A stretch of 64,000 bases of DNA from positions 32,001-96,000 of IMG/VR virus record IMGVR_UViG_3300045049_000339, one strand, 5' to 3'. Under the pieces are notes generated by a model. It saw nothing but the letters and a program-made list of their open reading frames with translations, was not told the DNA's origin and made no database searches. The stretch is from a virus. The position numbers and the translations under genes are program-made. Below, piece after piece: positions 25,532 to 33,960 of the stretch (positions within the stretch are counted from its first letter, which is position 1; each line of letters begins with the position of its first letter).

Positions 25532-25983
25532 TGCTAACCCTAGTCCTTTCAGACTGGAGTAGTCGCCCTTGTAGTACGGCTCCAAGTGCCACACCAAGGC
25601 GGCCTCGCGGGCGCGTCAAGATCAAAGGCAAGGAGATGACCGCAGCACGTGCAGCCTGGGTCAGCAAGATTGGACCTGTGCCGCCAGGGCTGTGTGTATG
25701 TCATCGGTGCGACAATCCGTCGTGTTGGGAGATCACGCATCTCTTCCTTGGTACAAATGCGGAGAACCTCGCCGATATGGCGCAAAAAGGCCGTAGTACC
25801 TGGGGCGTGAAAAACAACACCACAAAACTCACGCCACGGCAGGTCAACGAGATCCGCGCTGCGCTGCGTAGTGGGGTCGCTCAGCGAGACCTTGCCACTG
25901 TTTACGGTGTTTGCAAGTCGACCATCGGCTACATCGGTCGCGGTGAGACGTGGCAGAAGCTACCCGAGGATGAGGAGCCATGA
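25531..25983 (+). CDS. HNH endonuclease with C-terminal HTH
   Basis: VCHRCDNPSCWEITHLFLGTNAENLADM; KLTPRQVNEIR. Confidence 0.85.
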   Translation: MLTLVLSDWSSRPCSTAPSATPRRPRGRVKIKGKEMTAARAAWVSKIGPVPPGLCVCHRCDNPSCWEITHLFLGTNAENLADMAQKGRSTWGVKNNTTKLTPRQVNEIRAALRSGVAQRDLATVYGVCKSTIGYIGRGETWQKLPEDEEP

Positions 25984-26201
25984 GTTCCAAGGCCGCCCCG
26001 CACGACCTCGCCGACCGGCCGTTCCTCGGAACGCCCCGTGTACCGCCGTTCGTCATGCTGTGTCACGTCTCGGCCAGCACGTGCGGCCGGTACTGGCTGG
26101 CCAACACGGTCGAACAGTACAACGTGTACCTTGCGGAGAGGGACGCTCACCACGTCCTCTGCTCCGTTGCACGCAAGCCCGATCTGATCCTGCCTTCCTA
26201 G
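25980..26201 (+). CDS. hypothetical protein
   Basis: GAGGAG RBS, ATGA overlap. Confidence 0.55.
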   Translation: MSSKAAPHDLADRPFLGTPRVPPFVMLCHVSASTCGRYWLANTVEQYNVYLAERDAHHVLCSVARKPDLILPS

Positions 26202-26209
26202 GGGAGACC

Positions 26210-26632
26210 ATGAGCATTGCCAAGGCCATATCCGCTTTCCTGCACCGAGCCAAGGACGACGCGGCAGCCACCGAGGCTGAGCTGAAGAACGTCCTGAAGG
26301 CGATCGAGCCCGAGGTCACCGCGCTCAAGAACGCCGTGGTCGACGAGATCAAGGATGAGCTGCCCGCCGTCGTCAAGGACGTCGAGGACGCCGTCAAGGG
26401 TGTCATCGCCTCGCACAGCCCGGCCTTCACCGAGGCGTTGACCACCCTGCACGCCCGGTTCGACGCCCTCGACGCCAAGCTCGCCGACCTCAAGGCGGCC
26501 AACGCCGCCGCGACCGCTGCGGCGACTCCTCCGTACGCGGCCAAGCGTGCGGCGAAGAAGACGACGGCTGCCCCGGCGGCCACGAACGCGCAGGTCAGCA
26601 CGGATGCTCCGGCCACGGAGAAGTCCTCGTAG
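26210..26632 (+). CDS. hypothetical helical protein with Ala/Lys-rich tail
   Basis: GGGGAG RBS before ATG 26210, high GC3. Confidence 0.7.
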   Translation: MSIAKAISAFLHRAKDDAAATEAELKNVLKAIEPEVTALKNAVVDEIKDELPAVVKDVEDAVKGVIASHSPAFTEALTTLHARFDALDAKLADLKAANAAATAAATPPYAAKRAAKKTTAAPAATNAQVSTDAPATEKSS

Positions 26633-26639
26633 TAATTGC

Positions 26640-26668
26640 TTGCGCACCGCCGTCGGTGCGCGTAGTGT
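26640..26668 (+). promoter_or_regulatory. promoter for the Y RNA array and Ro60
   Basis: TTGCGC-N17-TAGTGT ending a few nt before the first RNA unit. Confidence 0.6.
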
Positions 26669-26671
26669 TCT

Positions 26672-26831
26672 GGGTGTCGGAGGAACCGGGGTAAGGAACA
26701 CGGTTACTTCATTTGACTGGATATCAAAAGGTTGTGGGTTCGAGTCCCACCGGCTCCACTTGTGGGGCTGTAGCTCAATCGGTAGAGAAAACGTGCCCGA
26801 GTTCACTTTGATATCGGTTCCCTCGACACCC
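26672..26831 (+). ncRNA. Y RNA (YrlA-like) unit 1, permuted tRNA domain
   Basis: Terminal stem GGGTGTCG..GGAACC/GGTTCC..CGACACCC; GGGGTA..CGGTTACTTC and TTTGATATC motifs; order anticodon hairpin (TTTGA-CTGGATA-TCAAA), T arm, looped acceptor, D arm. Confidence 0.85.
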
Positions 26832-26839
26832 ACAGACTT

Positions 26840-26995
26840 CCTGTCAGGGGTACAGGCAACGGCTACTTCGCTTCGAAATGCGGGTATCTGTGCAAACAGA
26901 GTGCGGGTTCGAATCCCGTCCGGCTCTTCGCTGAGTCGGTAGACGAATTGGCAAAGTCACCTACGTATCCGATGCCGACTTAGACATCTGACAGG
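26840..26995 (+). ncRNA. Y RNA (YrlA-like) unit 2, class II (Ser-like) permuted tRNA domain
   Basis: CCTGTCAG/CTGACAGG stem; same conserved motifs; CGA-containing loop, long variable arm CTGT-GCAA-ACAG, T arm, looped acceptor, D arm. Confidence 0.85.
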
Positions 26996-27007
26996 GCTAA
27001 CTTCATA

Positions 27008-27149
27008 TCTGTCCGGGGTACAGGCTGCGGTTACTTCACCTGTTAAGTGAGAGGTCGCAGGTTCGAATCCTGTCGTGGGGTGATAAGCCCCATGTAGCTC
27101 AGTTTGGGAGAGCGCTAACGTTCCCGCTGCCGCTTCGATATCGGACAGA
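27008..27149 (+). ncRNA. Y RNA (YrlA-like) unit 3, Asn(GTT)-like permuted tRNA domain
   Basis: TCTGTCCG/CGGACAGA stem; TCAC-CTGTTAA-GTGA anticodon arm; GCAGG-TTCGAAT-CCTGT; looped acceptor; GCTC..GAGC D arm. Confidence 0.87.
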
Positions 27150-27164
27150 ACACACAAACTTCAT

Positions 27165-27305
27165 AGCTGCCTGGGGTAAAGACAACGGTTACTTCCATGC
27201 GGAGGAGGTAGCGCAGGTTCGAATCCTGCCGGGGGCCTACGGGCTCCTGTCGTCTAGCGGCCCAGGACGCCTACGTTTCCGTTATCGCTTTGATATCAGG
27301 CAGCT
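27165..27305 (+). ncRNA. Y RNA (YrlA-like) unit 4, Glu-like permuted tRNA body
   Basis: AGCTGCCTG/CAGGCAGCT stem; D arm GTCTAGCGGCCCAGGAC typical of tRNA-Glu; hairpin loop ATGCGGA. Confidence 0.85.
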
Positions 27306-27306
27306 T

Positions 27307-27400
27307 GCAGAACCCATCACCGGGGTACTGCTCACGGTTACTTCACCCTTCAAAGATGAAAAAACACCGTGAGCGCTCTGAAATCGGTGGTGGGTTCTGC
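27307..27400 (+). ncRNA. Y RNA unit 5, no tRNA domain
   Basis: GCAGAACCCATCACC/GGTGGTGGGTTCTGC stem with GGGGTA..CGGTTACTTC and CTGAAATC motifs but only a short loop. Confidence 0.75.
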
Positions 27401-27443
27401 TTAATGGCAAGCCCAGTGCCATCAGGAAAAGGAGGAACAGACG

Positions 27444-29126
27444 ATGGCCAAGTTTAACCAGAAGACCCGTACCTGGGAGAACCAGGGAGGTTCGGCCTTT
27501 CCCGCCGCAGGAACGAAGCGGCAGACCACCACGACCACGAACCACACCGGCCGTGCCGTGTGGAACCTGGACGACAAGACCAACCTGTTCTTCCGCGCCA
27601 CGTCCGCCTTCGCCGGTCAGGACACGTACTACGAGAAAGGCGCCAAGCGCGACGCCGAGGCCATCGCCTTGGTCCGAAAGCTCGCTATCGGCGACTGGGA
27701 CTGGACGGCGAAGTTCCTCGTCTGGCTGCGCGCCGAGGGCAACATGCGCACCGCGCCGGTCATGCTGGCTGTCGAGGCAGTTCGTGCACGCCTGGAGAAG
27801 AAGCTGCACCCGGCTGCCGGTGAGATGTCTCACCGTGCGCTCATCGCGGCTGTTCTCCAGCGCGCGGATGAGCCGGGCGAGATGCTCGCCTACTACGAGA
27901 ACGTCGTCGGCCGCACCATGCCGAAGGCGATCAAGCGTGGTATCGGTGACGCGGCCAAGCGCATGTACAACGAGCGCAACTTCCTGCGGTACGACAGTTC
28001 GTCCAAGGCCATCCGTTTCGGCGGCGTCGCCGAGATGGCTCAGATGCCGAAGACGCACGGCTGGCAGTCCGACCTGATCACCTACGCCATTGGTGAGCAG
28101 CACCACCGTGAGCAGGACATCCCTGACACGTTGGCGGCACTTCGTGCACGCAATGAGCTGAACAAGATGGACGCCAGCGACCGTCACGTTTTCGCGAAGA
28201 GCGCACTGGGCGGCCACATCATCAACCGCACCAAGCTGGACCTGGCCATGGCCGGGCAGTGGGAGTGGTTCATGAGTTGGCTCGGTGATGCGAAGGGTGC
28301 CAAGGCCATCACGACGAAGGAGAAGTGGACGTTCGCCGCCCAGCGCATGGGCATCATGGCGGTCGTCCGCAACCTCCGGAACTTCGACGAGGCCGGTCTC
28401 AAGACGGGCGACAGCATCGTCACCGAGATCAGTGGTCGGCTCACGAACGAGGAGCAGATCGCGAAGTCCCGCATGTTCCCGTTCCGGTTCTTCACGGCGC
28501 ACTTGCAGCTCAAGTCCGTCACGTGGGCGGCCGGTCTGGAGGTGGCGCTTCAGCACTCGCTCCAGAACCTTCCGGAGCTGCCGGGCCGGACGCTGATCCT
28601 CGTCGACACCTCGGGGTCGATGCAGCAGAAGCTCTCGGCCAAGTCCGAGATGTCCTACGCCCAGGCCGCCGCACTGTTCGGCTGTGCCCTGAAGATCAAG
28701 AACCCGGACGGGGTCAACCTGTGGGGGTTCGCCGACGGGCAGTTCGAGGCGCAGGCCACCACGGGTCACAGCGTTCTGCGCTGTGCCGAGGAGTTCTGCC
28801 GCCAGAACGGCCTGGTCGGTCACGGAACGCAGATGGAGGCGGCCGTCCGTGCCACGTACGCGGGGCACGACCGAGTCATCATCATCTCCGACATGCAGGC
28901 GTTCCCGACCGGCGGTTACAGCCGGTACGGGTACAGCTACATGACCGGTGACGTCGCTGGGGCTGTTCCGGCGCACATCCCGGTATACGGTTTCAACCTG
29001 GCCAGCGGCTCCACCACACCGCTGGGCAAGGGCAACCGGCACAGCCTTGGTGGCCTCTCGGATGTGACGTTCAAGCTGATCCCTCAGCTTGAGAAGGTCG
29101 GCCGGGGTTCGTGGCCCTGGGAGTAA
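27444..29126 (+). CDS. rsr: Ro60/Rsr ortholog (TROVE + vWA domains)
   Basis: TYYE, WLRAEGNMRTAP, QRADEPGE, PKAIKRGI, MAVVRNLRNFDEAG, SRMFPFRF, LILVDTSGSM, IIISDMQ; adjacent Y RNA-like repeats. Confidence 0.92.
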   Translation: MAKFNQKTRTWENQGGSAFPAAGTKRQTTTTTNHTGRAVWNLDDKTNLFFRATSAFAGQDTYYEKGAKRDAEAIALVRKLAIGDWDWTAKFLVWLRAEGNMRTAPVMLAVEAVRARLEKKLHPAAGEMSHRALIAAVLQRADEPGEMLAYYENVVGRTMPKAIKRGIGDAAKRMYNERNFLRYDSSSKAIRFGGVAEMAQMPKTHGWQSDLITYAIGEQHHREQDIPDTLAALRARNELNKMDASDRHVFAKSALGGHIINRTKLDLAMAGQWEWFMSWLGDAKGAKAITTKEKWTFAAQRMGIMAVVRNLRNFDEAGLKTGDSIVTEISGRLTNEEQIAKSRMFPFRFFTAHLQLKSVTWAAGLEVALQHSLQNLPELPGRTLILVDTSGSMQQKLSAKSEMSYAQAAALFGCALKIKNPDGVNLWGFADGQFEAQATTGHSVLRCAEEFCRQNGLVGHGTQMEAAVRATYAGHDRVIIISDMQAFPTGGYSRYGYSYMTGDVAGAVPAHIPVYGFNLASGSTTPLGKGNRHSLGGLSDVTFKLIPQLEKVGRGSWPWE

Positions 29127-29140
29127 TCCCAGAAACACGA

Positions 29141-29176
29141 AAAGAGCCCCCGCCTCGAAAGAGGCGGGGGCTCTTT
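29141..29176. terminator. bidirectional terminator between the convergent genome arms
   Basis: AAAGAGCCCCCGCCTC-GAAA-GAGGCGGGGGCTCTTT perfect hairpin. Confidence 0.9.
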
Positions 29177-29185
29177 GTGCACGAA

Positions 29186-30043
29186 TTACTTGGCTGCGTC
29201 CAGCGCGTGACCCATGGCCTGGAGAATGGCTGGGACCAGGACCGGAGTGAGCTGCGCGGCGATGGCGGCCACCTGCGCGTCGGTCAGCTTCGGCGCGGCG
29301 ACGGCGCCGACGGCCACCTTGATGGCGTCCACCTCCGTCTTCAGCGCCGCCAGCGCGGCAGCGCTCGCCTTGGCGTCGTTGGCGATGTTCTGGACGGTCT
29401 GGTGCACGTCCGGCGAGTCGCCCGGACCCTTGTAGGCCCAGACATCAAGTGGAGTAGGCAAGTCAGTTCCTCCAGAAGAGTTGGAATTCGGGTACTGACC
29501 GAAGTCAGCCGTCTCGGAGTAGTCGACGTCGGCGTTGCCTCCGAAGAGGGTGTTCGCCTCCTGGTGAATGGTGGCGTGGGAATCCCACACGCCGCCGCTC
29601 CATGCGACGGTCTGCCACAGGTACTTGTACCCGGCGGCAGCGGCTCCGGCAATGACGTGCAGGCCGCCATACACGCCGACGTGGCCCTGTCCGAGGACGT
29701 TGGCGGCGCCAGCGAAATACTGCTCCACGCTGGCCCAGTCGGTGTCGGTGTCGACAGCGAAATGGATGACAGCGGTGGCGGGAAGACCGACTGCGGCGCG
29801 CTGTTCGCTGGCCGTACGGGCGTCCGCCTGACCGGCCGCGTAACCGGCCAGGGCGCGTGTCGTGGTGGTCTCCCACACGCCGACGATGGCGAGCCCGGCG
29901 GCGATGTACTCCGCGACGAGAGCGTGCGTCAGGTTCTTGCTGGGGTCCTCGGAGTAGTACCCGGCCGCCCAGTGCGCACCGGCCGCCTTGGCTTCAGCGG
30001 CCGTGGGCTTGGTCCAGGCGAAGTCAATTCCCATCACCGGCAT
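29186..30043 (-). CDS. endolysin, DUF1906/GH25-like glycoside hydrolase
   Basis: GIDFAW, SKNLT, VWET, IHFAVD, GVYGG, WQTVAWSGG, DVD motifs; C-terminal helical tail. Confidence 0.85.
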   Translation of the reverse strand: MPVMGIDFAWTKPTAAEAKAAGAHWAAGYYSEDPSKNLTHALVAEYIAAGLAIVGVWETTTTRALAGYAAGQADARTASEQRAAVGLPATAVIHFAVDTDTDWASVEQYFAGAANVLGQGHVGVYGGLHVIAGAAAAGYKYLWQTVAWSGGVWDSHATIHQEANTLFGGNADVDYSETADFGQYPNSNSSGGTDLPTPLDVWAYKGPGDSPDVHQTVQNIANDAKASAAALAALKTEVDAIKVAVGAVAAPKLTDAQVAAIAAQLTPVLVPAILQAMGHALDAAK

Positions 30044-30209
30044 TCGGCTCCCCTTTCACGATGTCCAGTATCGCAGCGTGGTGTTTCTCGTGGAGGCGTT
30101 TGATGTGGCGGTGATACCACCAGCCGAACAGACCGGCAACCGGTGCCCACAGCAGATCGGCCAGGATGTTCGGCCAAACCTGCGACCATGTATTCGACAG
30201 CCAGCTCAT
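30024..30209 (-). CDS. small membrane protein (holin-like)
   Basis: Single TM (WPNILADLLWAPVAGLFGWW) followed by a His/basic tail; adjacent to the endolysin. Confidence 0.55.
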   Translation of the reverse strand: MSWLSNTWSQVWPNILADLLWAPVAGLFGWWYHRHIKRLHEKHHAAILDIVKGEPNAGDGN

Positions 30210-30665
30210 TCAGGTACCTGCGTCAGAGATGAGCTTTCGGACGTACTTCGACGCCTCGAAATCAGAGGCGGAGGCGACATGCACACCACCTGGACCTCGA
30301 TGATGGGCGACGCAGAGTACCATGAGATTAGCTGGGCTCTCGACCCAGGCTCCCACTTTATCCTGGCTGGAGATGCCAGGGTAGTCCACTTCGAGCCATG
30401 CAAGGTCGACGCCGTTCTGAAGGCTGAACTCGACGTGGGCGTGGTGAAGCTCCAGGGGTTTGTCAAGGGAGCACTCAGAGAAATCGCCACGGTGCTTCCC
30501 AATGGCGCACTGCCACTTCTCTGGGTCCTTCTTCCACTCGCGGTGCAAATGGGAAAAATCAGCGTAGTGCGGATCGTCTTCGCGTGCTGGGTGTGGTGGG
30601 TAGTGCACGTCGTAGTGACTCGTGTGCGCCTGAACGTGAGCTGCAACAATCTTGTCGTCTGTCAT
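30210..30665 (-). CDS. HNH-like protein in the lysis cassette
   Basis: C...C..LELHHAHVE...NLMVLCVAHHRG. Confidence 0.6.
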   Translation of the reverse strand: MTDDKIVAAHVQAHTSHYDVHYPPHPAREDDPHYADFSHLHREWKKDPEKWQCAIGKHRGDFSECSLDKPLELHHAHVEFSLQNGVDLAWLEVDYPGISSQDKVGAWVESPANLMVLCVAHHRGPGGVHVASASDFEASKYVRKLISDAGT

Positions 30666-30672
30666 TTCTCCC

Positions 30673-30987
30673 CTATTTTCCGACGTGAACCGGGTCCAGC
30701 CATGCCAAGAGTGTGATAACGATTACGATGATGGAGAGAATGGTCGGCCAAACGAACCGCTTCCATTCCTTGTTGTCGTTCTCGGCTTCTTTTTGTGTGG
30801 TGATATGTGCTTCGATAACCGTGATTCGGTTGCTCTCTGCTTCCACGCGCCGGATCAGCTCGGTGACCTCAGTTCGGTCAGCTTTGGCGTCCAGCTTCCC
30901 TTCGAGTCGTCCAAGTGATCCACGGATGTCGCTCAGCAACTCCTTAACGCTGTAGGTGATCGAGGCCATGTCATCGCTGTCTGGCAT
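30673..30987 (-). CDS. coiled-coil protein with C-terminal TM (holin-like)
   Basis: GGGAG RBS; C-terminal hydrophobic helix. Confidence 0.6.
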   Translation of the reverse strand: MPDSDDMASITYSVKELLSDIRGSLGRLEGKLDAKADRTEVTELIRRVEAESNRITVIEAHITTQKEAENDNKEWKRFVWPTILSIIVIVITLLAWLDPVHVGK

Positions 30988-31137
30988 ATATGCTCCCAAG
31001 GGCTTGAAGACGGCGACCGGCACGTGCCCGTCACTTTTGATCGTACCAATTGAAGCATCATTCATGATCATCAGACCTTGCACTCATGAAAGCCCTGCAC
31101 CGGGCTTTCCGGTGCAGGGTCATTCTTGCAGCCCGAG

Positions 31138-33465
31138 CTAGTTCAACTGCGTAACCCCGACCGGTGGCCAGGACGTGCCGGTCTGGTAATTGATCTGAGC
31201 GATGCTGGTCAATGCCTCCACATTCTCCGGCGCCATGATCATGTAGCAGTCGGAAATGTAGATCAGATTGGTAGGGCCAGGAGATCCACCCTCGGTGGGC
31301 ACGAGAGAGGCATAAGCGGCCGTGGCTGGCGGCGTAACCCAGTTGCTGACCTGAGTCCAGGTATTAGCCACGAGAGTGATGGTGTTGGACGTCGTGGAGA
31401 TGTACGCGCCCGAACTGTCCGCCCAGTTCACCGACAGGGAGAAGCTGGACGTACCGGTTGGAGAGTAGAACCAGCCCGTAGCCAGGTACCACGCCTCACT
31501 ACCGTATGTGGTCTGCTGCGCTGGAAACTGCTCCGAGGACACATATGCCTGTGTGAAGCCGCCTGTGGGCGTCAGCAGGCCGGAGAACGCGAAGCCGCCG
31601 TGCGTCTGGGCGCTGGACTGCGTGATCGTCCCGTTGGTGGCCGTCCATGGGCTCACACCCGAAGTGAACGTCGGATTCTTGTTCAGCGCGTTGTTCGGCT
31701 GCATCGTCACTTCGATGATGCCGGTCTGAATGCCGTTGTTGCCGTACGCCAGCGTCGACCACTTCTGGTAAACAGTGCTCTGCACACCACCCAGAAGGTC
31801 TTCAACAGTGTGAATGATCGGGTTGGTCAGCGTCGTGTCGTACACGGTCAAGGGGACCGAGACACCGCTGAAAAACGTCGACCACGTATTCTGATGGCGC
31901 AGGGAGTTCTTCGCGTCCGGATAGACGCCGAAGTTCAGACCGATTCCGACGTAATCGGAGTTGCTGGCGTTCTGCGTTTCCTGAATGACCACCCAGTACG
32001 TCGCGCCATTGGTGAGGCCCGTCATGTACAGCGGCACCGAGACGATGGGAACGGCCTGGAAGAAGTTCTGGGCCACTGTGTTGTTGGTGTTGTAGCCCAT
32101 CAGGTACCAGACGCCGTTGCCGTCCGTGAAGGCGGACATGGCGACAGTTCCAGGGGCATCGTTCTTGAATACATTCCAGCTCGGCGCCGGACCATTGTCC
32201 GTGGAGACGGTCAGCACCGAGATGTAGGAGCCGAGTCCACCACCCGTGACCGTACCGGCGTAAGTGACCAGGGCATTGTCCATGATGCCCGTGCACCAGG
32301 ATGCAACGGCGCTGCCGATGGCCTGGAACAGATTCGGACCCTGCTGCCAGTTCTCCAGCGAACCATCGGAGTTGATCTGGGCGTAGTACGTCTCCGCACG
32401 AGCTGTGTTGCTGGTGTCGACACCACCGGCCACGATCAGCCAGCCGTTGATCGCGGCGACGAACGGCAGGCTGAGAGCGCGAGGAAGCGACGGACCGGAC
32501 TTCCACGCACTGATCTGGTTGTTGGAGACGGTGGCAAAGTAGACATTGGCGGTGCCGGACGCGATGGTGTTGGACGTGTTGCCGCCGACGTAGTAGACCG
32601 TCTCGCCCCAGGAGGCCGACGCCGCATTCGTCGTAGCCGTCGGAAGAGCCGCCTGGGATGACCAGGCACCGATGGTACCGGTCGAGGAGTCCCAGGAGGC
32701 CGACCAGACATTCTTGATGGTCGCGTTGGCCGGAGAGGTGGTCGTGCCGCCCATGAAGACCACGGTGTCCGGCGTGGTGATGCACGTGGCCTGATAAGTG
32801 GCCTGGGGGAGCGCTGGCTGCGAGATGGGCGCCGCGACGGTCCCGGCGCCCTGGTACTGCGCTGTGAAGCACAGCGCGGAGGCGACGTTGGCCGTGGTGT
32901 CGTAGCCACCCAGCAGAAGGGAGAAATTGCCGCTGGTGCACGTTGCGAAGTACGACGGCGAACCGTTGATCGACGCGGCCGGGGAAAGCCACGGAACGGT
33001 CGGCGAGAAATTCGTCGCGAAGAACGTGTTGTTGTACGGCATTTGCCAGACGGTGTTGGCGTTCTCAAGCCCGAGCTGCGCGCCGGTAGCCGTCAAGACA
33101 CTGGCCGGAACCTTCACTTGGCACAGCGGAGACGAGGTATTGGGGACGCCTCCACTGTCCGAACACAGCGACACGAGGACGTCGGCGCCGTTCCCGAACG
33201 TCTTCAGCGGAAGAGTGACGCGGCCGATAGTCGTCCCGGACATGGTGAACGACTGCGCGAAATCCGAGATGTTCAGCGCCGGAGCACCCGTGGCGTGGGT
33301 GAAGTAGCCCTGATCACCGTTGGTGGGGCGGACGACAGGATTACCGTATCCGAGCTGCGCGAAGGCATGCGTGCTCAGGAACTGGTTGTGATGCGCCGAG
33401 GCATCAGTGGCGTTCAGATTGTTCTGCGCACCGCTGATCGGCGCCTGCCATGCCGGAGTCGTCAT
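31138..33465 (-). CDS. tail/receptor-binding protein with kelch-like propeller and C-terminal carbohydrate-binding module
   Basis: Repeated LLGG/FMGG/YVGG/VAGG...W...LP kelch pattern; NKNPTF..G..PW CBM-like domain. Confidence 0.75.
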   Translation of the reverse strand: MTTPAWQAPISGAQNNLNATDASAHHNQFLSTHAFAQLGYGNPVVRPTNGDQGYFTHATGAPALNISDFAQSFTMSGTTIGRVTLPLKTFGNGADVLVSLCSDSGGVPNTSSPLCQVKVPASVLTATGAQLGLENANTVWQMPYNNTFFATNFSPTVPWLSPAASINGSPSYFATCTSGNFSLLLGGYDTTANVASALCFTAQYQGAGTVAAPISQPALPQATYQATCITTPDTVVFMGGTTTSPANATIKNVWSASWDSSTGTIGAWSSQAALPTATTNAASASWGETVYYVGGNTSNTIASGTANVYFATVSNNQISAWKSGPSLPRALSLPFVAAINGWLIVAGGVDTSNTARAETYYAQINSDGSLENWQQGPNLFQAIGSAVASWCTGIMDNALVTYAGTVTGGGLGSYISVLTVSTDNGPAPSWNVFKNDAPGTVAMSAFTDGNGVWYLMGYNTNNTVAQNFFQAVPIVSVPLYMTGLTNGATYWVVIQETQNASNSDYVGIGLNFGVYPDAKNSLRHQNTWSTFFSGVSVPLTVYDTTLTNPIIHTVEDLLGGVQSTVYQKWSTLAYGNNGIQTGIIEVTMQPNNALNKNPTFTSGVSPWTATNGTITQSSAQTHGGFAFSGLLTPTGGFTQAYVSSEQFPAQQTTYGSEAWYLATGWFYSPTGTSSFSLSVNWADSSGAYISTTSNTITLVANTWTQVSNWVTPPATAAYASLVPTEGGSPGPTNLIYISDCYMIMAPENVEALTSIAQINYQTGTSWPPVGVTQLN

Positions 33466-33477
33466 CCGATCCCCCTA

Positions 33478-33960
33478 TCAGGCGTGAACGTACATGACCG
33501 ACATGAAGCTCCGGTTGGACACGAGGCTCAATGCACCGCCAGAGTTCTGCCAGGTATTCGCCTCAACATAGTCTCCCACACTGGCCTGGTATAGGACATT
33601 GGACAGGCTGACGTTCAGGAAGTTGTTGGAGTACGACTGGTTGAAGAACTGGGCACCGTTCAGAATCGACCCGTTGACCTGCAAGGCCAGTGCACGCACA
33701 CCCAGACCGGCCGAGTTCGAGTACGTCAGGTTGGCATTGAGCGAATACAGGCCAGCCACCTGAAAGGTATACCGGCTCGGGTTGGTGACAGACGAATGAC
33801 CGTTCCAGTTGTCATTAGTGGTCGAGTCCCAGGTCACCACATTGGAGAATGAGCTGCCGTTTGGAATCGACTGAGCGGAGTTCTGCCACAGCATGGCAGT
33901 CGGCTTGTTGTCCTGGAATGCCGCTTTCGCCAAGTTCAGGATCTCGATACTGGACGCCAT
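33478..33960 (-). CDS. minor tail protein (C1q/TNF-like jelly roll)
   Basis: SRYTFQVAGLY...GDYVEANTWQNSG pattern. Confidence 0.7.
   Translation of the reverse strand: MASSIEILNLAKAAFQDNKPTAMLWQNSAQSIPNGSSFSNVVTWDSTTNDNWNGHSSVTNPSRYTFQVAGLYSLNANLTYSNSAGLGVRALALQVNGSILNGAQFFNQSYSNNFLNVSLSNVLYQASVGDYVEANTWQNSGGALSLVSNRSFMSVMYVHA

Noticed and set aside
26672-27400. CRISPR array (regularly spaced GGGGTA...CGGTTACTTC repeats)
   Set aside because: The repeats are short, degenerate and part of folded 95-160 nt units with tRNA arms. There is no cas operon, and the adjacent TROVE gene explains them as Y RNAs.
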